64,000 nucleotides of DNA from the NCBI RefSeq assembly GCF_037042905.1, contig NC_087251.1, positions 36,892,001 through 36,956,000 on the forward strand, in the 5' to 3' direction. Shown one piece after another: positions 54,743 through 64,000 of this stretch (positions are counted from its first letter, which is position 1; every line of letters starts with the position of its first letter). The position numbers were made by a program, and so were the translations under genes. Below the pieces are notes generated by a model that had not been told where the DNA came from, did not search any database, and worked only from the letters and a program-made list of their open reading frames with translations. Origin of the DNA: Lytechinus pictus. Lineage: Eukaryota.

Positions 54743-55018
54743 GGGGACATTGTGGTCTAGTGGTTACGACTCTCATCTTTCAATTAGAGGGACATGGGTT
54801 CTATTCCAAGCCATGGTGTGTTGTCCTTCAGCAAGAAATTTACCAACATTTTGCTGCATTCAACACAGGTGAGGTGAATGGGTACCTGGTAGAAATTTAT
54901 TCCTTGAAAGAAGTGTGCGTAACAGCTGCACTGCTAAAGCCAATGCATTACTGATACTCTAGAGCACTTCTGATATATCGCTCTATAAGAAAGTTTCATT
55001 ATTTGTTCATTATTATTA
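54743..55018 (+). mobile_element. tRNA-derived SINE; related fragments at ~33040-33110, 46321-46512, 53530-53700
   Basis: tggtctagtggtt A box, gggttc(g/t)attcc B box, core gctgcactcaacccaggtgaggtaaatgggtacc, (att)n tail. Confidence 0.7.
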
Positions 55019-55861
55019 TTGTGTACATATAGAGCAGCTAGTGCCTATGGCAACATGTGTTACTTCACAGCTGGGGGAGGTATGTTATTTAAATTTAAAA
55101 TCAACGCCATTAATACCAGAGATACAGTTTTCATTGACAAAAATGTCACAAACTACATTAAGAAAGTACAATGTAGATGGCATGAGTGGCTTTTTAACCG
55201 ATACATTTTGCATATATATGTTTGGCTATGACTTTCCCAATAATACTGACCCAAACGACTTAAGGGCCAATCGGTTTTAATATAATTTACTGCCCATTTA
55301 CTTGCTCGGCTCACTTCCAGCCGTTTCCTGATAAAATGCCTAATTTTTATGTTTTTCTGTAACATGTAAAGACGAAACAACCAAAGTTTTTATCCAAAGT
55401 AATACATGTAAAATGAATCATACATGTAGCTCATGGAAATTAGTAAGACAATAACAAACTGATAATACACATTAACCTTACATGTACGGTATATCATATT
55501 TCGTTATCTACATTTCTTTTCTAAAAAGGAATACTGTATGTCTGCCAGCATCTTGGGCAGCATATGGTGTAAGCTGACATCAAACCATGAATAATGTAGA
55601 TTCTTCTGAACATATAGTTTATTGAATAGTGGCTGTTCTTATTTTCATTTTACCCAAATCATTATTTTCAAACCAGCAGCCCATTTACAACCAAAATGCA
55701 AAATAAGAAAGGGAACAAAATATATTCAATGGAATTAGAAAACAACACTAAATTTACCATTTTACTTTATATTGGGTTGACAATTACTTGTTTTGATTTA
55801 CTGTACATATATATGATAATAATAAAGACATGACTCAATCATGATTTATAGTAATAATTTT

Positions 55862-56800
55862 TAAGTTGCTCTTATTTCCAATTTACCGTTAACACTGCCA
55901 TCTCTATGTGCAGACCTCCGAACATGATCACAAAGTGATCCTCTCCATGTGTGGCTAACCAGGTCCACTGAATTTCTGTGGCAAGGGAGAAGAGTCACTG
56001 ATCAGCACCAAGCACAGTTACTTGACTTGTCCAGGGTTGAGCTGCTGAATTGCAGCCTTGACTGTGTTCATTGAATGTCTTATCTTCGCCACTGAGTGTG
56101 CGCTGTCCACAAATAGAGGCCATTGCCACTGAGTGTACGCTGTCCACACATAGAGGCAAGAGTGATTATGGAAGCAGGTGGAATCACTGCCTTCTGGATG
56201 TTGGCATGGTAGGCAGACCATGGTACCCATTCATCTATGGATTTCTTCTATAGAGTATCTTCTAAGTTGCTGTTGATTTACTTTTAACACTGCCATCTCA
56301 ATGTGCAGACTGTTTAACCTGATCACAAAGTGATCTTTATCGTGTGGCTGGCCAGGTCCACTAAAGCATGGCGGATCAGCAGCAAGTACAGTTACTTGAC
56401 TTTTCCAGGGTTGAGCTGCTAAATCGCAGCCTTGAATACATGGTCATTGAATGTCTTATCGTCGCCACTGAGTGTGCGCTGTCCACAAATAGAGGCCATC
56501 GCCACTGAGTGTACGCTGTCCACAAATAGAGGCAAGAGTGCATTATTTGCGACAGGAGGAATTCCTTGTCCAAGGGCTTGGAGTCGCTGATCAGCACCAA
56601 GTACAGGTACTTGTCCAGGGTTGACTTGCAGCCTTGACTATGGTCATTGAATGTCTTATCGTCGCCACCGAATGTGCGCTATCAACGACTAGAGGCAAGA
56701 GTGAATTAATGGCGGCAGGTGGAATCACTGCATTCTGGGTGTTAGCATGGTAGGCAGACCATGGTACCCATTAGTCTATGGATTTCTTCTATAGAGTATT
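55862..56800 (-). mobile_element. Tandemly duplicated, frameshifted fragments of an Academ-like DNA transposase
   Basis: Minus-strand translation across frameshifts: EWVPWSAYHANIQ...PLFVDSAHSVA(K/T)IRHSMNTVKAAIQQLNPGQV...ADQ.LFSLATEIQWTWLATHGEDHFVIMFGGLHIEMA; present in about 2.5 copies. Confidence 0.7.
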
Positions 56801-58101
56801 TGTCACTATCTTTGTTTTTTACCCTCCTAATCGAGGATTTTATTTACAAATCCAAAGCACGACACAAAGATTGATGGAAAAATTACAATCATGATTTTTA
56901 GCAACAATAACAATTATACAATGAAATGTAATATAACAATCAATATGACAATATGTTATCTTCTCTTTGTCTTGTGTCATTTAATTGTATCCTCTTTTCT
57001 ATCTCTCATGTAAAAAAGCAAACAAGATTTTGTCACTATCTTAATAAGCCAATTGTACTCTTCTTGCACAGAAGCTTTATTCTTTTTCTCAATTGCCACT
57101 ACACCACTGTGAAGTTCATCATTGGAGTGTGATGAATATTGTATTGGGGATATGCCAGTACCATGAAAGGAATCTTTGGCTGTCCGATCTTATGGCCTCC
57201 TTCCTGGCTCTACCTTTGCTAATATTGCAATCTATCAAGAGTTTTGGGGCTTGAGCCCTGGTTGTTTATTCCTGTCATTGAGGGAATTTTGTGTTTTACT
57301 GGTATGCTTTTTTTGTTGTCTGTAGTTCCTCTGGTTTTGAAAGTGTAGGAGACTGCTGATTACTTCTTGTGTCTCAGCCTCCCTCACAGTTTCTCCATCC
57401 TCACCCGTCATTTCTTCAGTTGTTTGACCTCTTCATGGGGTTCCCTGGTCTTTGCTTAATATCCATTTTTGAGGAGTAAGTTTTATTTCCACAATTTATA
57501 TTCAATTCTTGTACTATGGACATGTATAGGGCATATTACATCATACAATGTCTCTTTGATGCACTTCCAAAGGAACCTTTTCTTTGGGTCTTTGTGGGGC
57601 ACGGTTTAGGGTGTCCAATCCTCTTCATTATTTAGTCCTCATTTGTTTCATGTTCCAAGAATCAGTCTTGTCTGGGTCAGTCAAGATTTTTCTCAGTCTG
57701 TTTTTTTCTTGTTTTCAATGCTTTGGGGATAAGTTATGGTGCCCAGCACATGTTCTTATATGATTTGGTGGCATGATGAAGCACTGCCATGATGTTGATC
57801 GCTCCTTCCTTTTTTTCTCATGAACCTTTTTGGCTTGTGAAGGTGATTATAAAGGCTGCTGGCCCCAAGGCCCTCTTGTCTGGTGTCAAGCCACACTGAT
57901 GATCTTGACATGGGGATTATCAGGGTATCAATCCACTCCCATTAATTAAGACACAGAAAATTAGTGTATCTCATTTAGCTCAAATAGTTTTGCACCCTGA
58001 ACTTGGCTAAGGTGCAGAACTGCAGATTATGAAAGTGACGACAATTATGCATGAGAAATGTTTTAATCAAAGACTTAATGAAATATTTTGATTGATTTCA
58101 G

Positions 58102-59556
58102 GAGAGATGTTCTTTACAACATAGTGAGTAATGCATCTGGTCTTGGCCTTCATCTACATGGAGGTAGTGATAATCAGAAGGGCCAGGAATCTTTATTGAC
58201 AAGAGTCATGGAAGGAGTAAACTGCTGAAGGGTAAGCTCACAAAGATATACTCTTGAATAGCTACATAAAAGGGAACAAAGCACTAAGAAACAACAGTAA
58301 AATTTTCTGTAAAAACCAGTAAAATCATTATTTTTTAATGATTAAAAAGTTGATATCAAAGAAGCACATCACTTGTTCTTCTGGTGTTGAGATCACTATT
58401 GATATGGAGATTTTCCATTGACATTGTGAGCATTATGTGTTATGTCACATATGTACAACTTTTAGATTACCGTAATATTGCATTGACTTAAATTGTCCCT
58501 TTTATCAAATTTATTGATGGATCAGGTGTTTTCTTTAGCATAGTTTTCACAGAATGTATCATAAACAAATAGTTTGTACCATCACTAGCATGGCTAACCA
58601 ATTTTTTTGTTATTTATCTGTCCATCAAAGGCAATTCATTGTTGTGTATATATTGCAATTTGTTGGGACAGTGATTCTCTGTTTAAAAAAAATGTTCTTT
58701 TCTGTTCTTATTCACTAATTCCATTAAAACCCTGGTCTGAAATCGATTTTGTCATAGTCAAAATGTACACAGCAGAAACATGAATTCTGTTTCACAAAGG
58801 AAAATCAAAGGAATTTCCATGTGTAAAATAAAGAATCAAAATGGATTTTCCGTTTTCCTAGATTCATTGCTTGTCTTTACAGACTGGCTGAAGAGGAGTC
58901 AAAATTGGCAGCTTCCATGTCCGTCTTAAAGCAGAGAAGCAGGAGAAGCTGGCCAATGTTGCACCCCAGTTAGTCTTTGAAGAAGTACTCTCCCACAATG
59001 CTGTCCTAGAGGAGATTGTGCTGGAAAGTCTTGCAGCAGAACTGGAAGCCTCCTATGACCACGGTGTGAATGAGGAAGAAGCACTTGCCCAGAACATAGG
59101 ACAGTCAGCTGCAAGATTGAAGAGAGAGCTCTGGTAAACTGATTGATTAATTTTATCATTCACAGACAACTCAGATCAGTCCAAAAGACTGCTTTTCACC
59201 AAGTCTGTAATAAACACAAAACAAACATATATACACAGCATACAAAAATTATTTTCATGTAAACCATTGTAAATTTTACAGATGACAAATATTGACATTA
59301 ACATGCATGTAAGACTGCTGTTTCATGCATTCAATTCTTTCTTTCAAAAGGGAATTCACACTGCATTGATTTTTATTTTCATAGGAATTCAACAGAGATT
59401 GCTGTTGTTGTTGGCAACGTGTTAGTGGCTGCTGTCCTTGTTGCATACTATAATACCCCCACCATGCAGCTCATACCATGTGGAGCTTGTCAACTCTTGG
59501 ATAGAAAGGTTAAGGAATTGCATATAACAGTAACAGATGACCTAATTCTTATCAAG
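58102..59556 (+). pseudogene. Unidentified spliced coding region (exons 58102-58231, 58883-59133, 59385-59556), disrupted
   Basis: AG/GT boundaries with compatible phases (AGG|ACT, TG|G = Trp). Acidic helical peptide ...KAEKQEKLANVAPQLVFEEVLSHNAVLEEIVLESLAAELEASYDHGVNEEEALAQNIGQSAARLKRELWNSTEIAVVVGNVLVAAVLVAYYNTPTMQLIPCGACQLL...; TGA at 58226 and 58889 in the continuous frame. Confidence 0.6.
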
Positions 59557-59860
59557 GTACGTAATCATTTTCTTTTATTGGATGGCTCAGAATGGAATAC
59601 CTGGCCCTATTTATGGTATTCCATGAAATAAAACCATCCAATAAAACTACTATTATTTATCCACCCCTCCCCCTGAAAAAAGTTATTGAACAAACCATGT
59701 CACTTATCACAAGTTAATATGGCCTCACTTTATAAGATTTGATCTTAGAAATTATGACTGACCTAAATTGAGGTTATTGAGTATCATTGTGCATTGCTTT
59801 TGCATTGTTGTGCTCGTATAATTTGCACATGCGCAGAAGAATATTTAATAAGGTACTATA

Positions 59861-60823
59861 CAGTGCGTATCAAAAAAAAGTTTACACTTAGAAAAAATCC
59901 TGTAAAATTACACATTTGTAATATCCTGAAGATTTTTCCACATTTTAACATTGGTACAGATCCATTTAAGCAAATGATGATATAACTGTCGAAAAATATT
60001 TCCGCTTGAGTGAGCACCACTTACTTTTGAATAGTGAAAAATTATTTGCGCAGAACTTTGAAATAGGTATGCAAATAAAAGTTGACCTTAATCATGAAGA
60101 ACACGTGGAATTTAGCTAGTAAAATTGATTTGAAGATATCTTTTACCTTTTTTAACTTGTTTCCTTGCCCAAACCACTTCGAGGAGTGCATTGCACCCCA
60201 CCCCACTCCCCCACACACCGAGGCCATCGTGACGATATTTGCTTTACACTGAGCTGTGATTTACATAAAATGGCTTAGGCTTGATTTTCATTTTGTTAAT
60301 CATTGTCAAGCTTGGGAAAAGTGTGGACAAACAAGTATTAAATGAAAAATGAAATGTAAACCCACTTTAAATGATAAAAACTGTCTGATATAAACTTTTG
60401 TTCAGATTCAGTTATGTCCTCAGATCCAGCTGGCACAAAAAGGTAAAGGTTGTGTTTACTAAGTGTTGAAATTTCAATTTTGGTGGCAAAATTGTTAGAA
60501 AATGCTTAAATGTATCCGTTTTATTTCACAATTTACTAAAAGTGCAAGGGAAATGTATGAGAAATGTTTCGCAGGGTAAGTTTGATTTCGCCCTTTCCCC
60601 TTGACACATCGTACAAACGAGCATTTCTGCGCAACCAGATTTCTGCGAGCTTTACAAAAATGGACAGTGCTCACTCAAGTGTAACATTCTGTCAAAACTT
60701 TTACTTTCATTGGATAGAAGAGACCCAAACCAAAGATTATATGTGAAAAAATTACCCACATGTTGTATATTCTTTAATTCCTAGGGCTTTTTCAAAGTGT
60801 AAACTTTTTTTTGATACACACTG
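59861..60823. mobile_element. Tc1/mariner-like non-autonomous element
   Basis: TA|CAGTGCGTATCAAAAAAAAGTTTACACTT ... AAGTGTAAACTTTTTTTTGATACACACTG|TA. Confidence 0.85.
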
Positions 60824-62982
60824 TATATAGAACAGCAAGAATTTTACAGTAGCCTACTAGATATTCATCAGATTCATCTCATACTGCACATGCAAATCAT
60901 GCAGACATCAAAATATGCATTTGAATGCATTGTTAAAACACCCTATATTAATAAGGATTTATTTTATTCTCTTCAATATAGATGTCTTTGTTTTCATTAT
61001 AATTTCTTGAGGATATATCATCTGTGTCGGCAATTGTATTCTCTTAAGCAATTGTAATACTAAAACTTGTAATTACTTTTTTATGTTATTGTTGATAAAG
61101 CTCTCAATATTAGTTGACATTGTTAAGGAAGTCAAACAGTTTAAAATTTCATAGAATGTACCAATTGTACCAATGAAATAGAGAATCATGAATCTCTTTA
61201 ATAATGAAAATAAATTCTTAATAGAATACGGAAATTATGCCGTCACAAATTATTATTTTTTTTTGCATTTCAGTTTTTTTAATACCATACTTCAGCTGGG
61301 CATGATAAAAGCAGAGAACCCTTGTTTGATGGGAATCGGTCCATGGGGGGCCCAAGATATAACCCATGAATACATAGTTATTGGCCTGGTTCATGACATA
61401 AAGAAACCAGGCCAGTAACATGATTAAATAAATCGGGCTCATTATATTGAACAGTATTATTGATAACAAATTTGTATTCCAATGCCAGTGAATTGGTAGC
61501 AAAGAGATGCAGGCCTTGCTCCCTCCCAACAATAAAATAAGAAAAAGAAGGAATATGCTTGCGGGTGGTACCTAGGAAGTTAGGATAACCAGTTGTCCCA
61601 ATTGAGACCAGTTGACCCTACAAAAAGACCTCAATTGGTATCTAATTGGACCCATTGGACCTTTTGAAACCCACTGATACCAATTGAATCCAGATTGAAA
61701 CCAATTGAAAATTCAATGGGTGTCGGGTCTTCAATTGGTCTCCACATTGAATTCTAATGGGACCAGTTGAAACCCATTGATACCAATTGAATCCAAAATG
61801 AAACCAATTGAAAATTCAAGAGGTTTCAATTGGAATTTGTCCTGGGATATATGATAGGTATGTGCCACATGTCGAGACCCCCATTTTCAACCTGAATTTC
61901 TGTTCCAAAGCATCACCAATTTAGAAAGTCATAGAAATAGCTATTTTTTTCCATTTTGGAGAACCTCAAATTTGTGGTTCCTGGTTCATTCCATCATGAA
62001 CTACTCAGCCGGTCGGCATGGTGAGCTTGATAGGCGTTGGGTCGGGCCGCTGAAGCTCCCCGTGCCGCGCTCCGAACCTAGCGCATTAATAGCTCGAAGC
62101 TAGGTAGCACTAGCTCGATCGAAAGAATGGATATTAAGAATAACATGATGCGCATGCACTTCACACGGCTGCTAAGTAGAGATATGTATTGGCTGCTATT
62201 ATCTAAAGGTAATTAGTTCCAAAGACCCTCATTATCTGATGCGGTCAGTTCCAGAGCATTGCATTATTAGCAATTGTTGATCCTAGGGTAGTCAGGAGAC
62301 CACCATTTTAATACCAAGGTTTAGTTCAAGAGCCCCCTATTTTTGTCTTTGGTGTGGCGCATAGGTATCATTTTGTAATCCAAGTGCCCCCCCTTTCCCC
62401 GGAATATGTTATTATCCTGTTCCTGAATTACATTAAACATGGGAAATAATGTTTGATAAATATTCTTCACAAGAATAAAACACAATTGCCAAAGTCGTCA
62501 TACTGCCACATCTTATGAAATTATATTAAGGTCTCTATTCATTTATTCTAATTTGGAGGAGGGTGCACGCCAGGGGATGGGGTATATTATCAAATATTTT
62601 TTTTGTTTTTTTTGTTTTACTTCTCTCCATCTCAACAAGATTGCTACAGAAAAAAGCCCTAACTCTTCTAGCAATATACAAAATGTTTGTTTTGACATAG
62701 TGTAGTAGTACATAAAAGATAATGTAATGACATGTCATGATATACTGATCATTTTCCTAAGAGCCATTTCTCTGTCTTCTTCCCCTGGTGCCCCAGATTC
62801 TGATGTCTTCCCTCAAATATCAACCCAACCTTCGATGCCACTATAATGGGAAATAAATTTATGGCGGTTGAGTATGACAACGACGACCACATCGATTACC
62901 ATGGAACTCATCACACACCCAGGCAGCCAGATTAGCGATGGATACAGAAATGATGAAGGAGGCATATATCTATTTTGTAAAA

Positions 62983-63192
62983 GGGTGTTGCAAGAAACTT
63001 CCAATTGATTGCAAGTCATTTTCAGGTCCCAAAATCATTTGACACGCATTTCATTGCAATTTTGCAATTGATTGATGGTTTCCTCCTTGTATCAACAAAA
63101 TTGATTTGCTTTACTTAAAATTGATCTATCGATTGTCAATATGCATCTGAACTTTGCAATTGATTTATTGTCAGTAATTTCTTGCAACACCC
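62983..63192. mobile_element. MITE
   Basis: gggtgttgcaagaaa ... tttcttgcaacaccc. Confidence 0.6.
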
Positions 63193-64000
63193 CAAAGCAA
63201 TACTGTCAAATCTTCTATTAAGTCCACCCAAGAGGAGCAGGAGAAAGGTGGCCACTAAAGTCAGGTGGTCTTACAGACAGGTTATATCACAAATTCCTTT
63301 CTAATCAGAGACAATTTTTGTTGCCACTTAAGTCAGGTTTTTTATTATACATGAAGATAGGTGGCCACTATGAGAGATTTAACTGTACCTCGAAATGTCA
63401 AAAAATTTACCTCCAATTTTGATAATATTGTCAGTGTTATATTTGTTTGATTTTCTCAAGCTATTTGAATAAACTCATTAATGATTGATTTTATAGACTT
63501 TTAATAGTGAGGGCTTGAAAGTATATCACATTTTGGGGTGTTGCTTGACATTTTGGTTGGGGGTGTAAGACCAACGCATATATCATATTAAAGAAAAAGG
63601 AAAATCCTTCAAAGATTAAAAAAGTTATTTGAATTTTTTTTTAATTTGTGACGTCATATACATGTTTATATATGGCCCATATAAAATGCATGAATTTCAA
63701 TTTTATGACTTTAAAAAATCTTTCAGAAGCGGGTGTGAAATAATTAATCTGTTATACAGATGGTACAATAATATCCATTGGTGGCACGCTATGAATTATC
63801 CAAGAGAGAAAAAAGAAGCATGACATCATCTTTTAAATCATACCCCCCCAAAAAAAAAAAAAAATTACCATAGTGTCACTCCTGAATATTACTCTTTATG
63901 ATTTATTTTCTCTTTGACACTGGTTGCAAATTGATTTTGAAATCTAAATGTTGTACTTGTATACAAAAAAAAAAGCTCTTTCACTGCTCCAAGCCTCGAG

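Noticed and set aside
62797..62935. Possible extra exon of the 58-61 kb coding region
   Set aside because: Stops in all three frames and no supporting motif or phase link

Overview
Eukaryotic, AT-rich, repeat-dense genomic DNA. The SINE and MITE repertoire suggests a marine invertebrate, probably an echinoderm such as a sea urchin (inference). The main gene is a + strand bestrophin (Ca2+-activated anion channel). Eight coding exons from 15082 to 42444 splice in frame with GT-AG boundaries, but I could not locate the first ~11 codons. The protein has unusual residues at the neck, aperture and R218-equivalent positions. Its long low-complexity C-tail ends in an EF-hand-like DxDxDG loop and a PDZ-type terminus (ESII). 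Introns and flanks hold many non-autonomous DNA transposons, several nested, with readable target-site duplications: MULE/foldback (9 bp), hAT (8 bp), Kolobok-like (TTAA), Harbinger-like (TAA), Sola-like (4 bp), Tc1/mariner (TA) and CAC-ended (2 bp). There are also tRNA-derived SINEs and an L2 fragment. Four items stand out. (1) A complete 72-nt tRNA-like gene with a UCA (anti-UGA) anticodon and Pol III terminator sits inside inverted repeats in a bestrophin intron. (2) A 611-bp MULE-type palindrome has perfect 232-bp arms, promoter-like motifs and outward-facing ATG+splice-donor units. (3) Academ-like transposase fragments are tandemly amplified. (4) An unidentified spliced coding region at 58.1-61.4 kb is interrupted by either two in-frame TGAs or two compensating frameshifts. 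All family names come from recalled motifs and TSD rules, not database searches.
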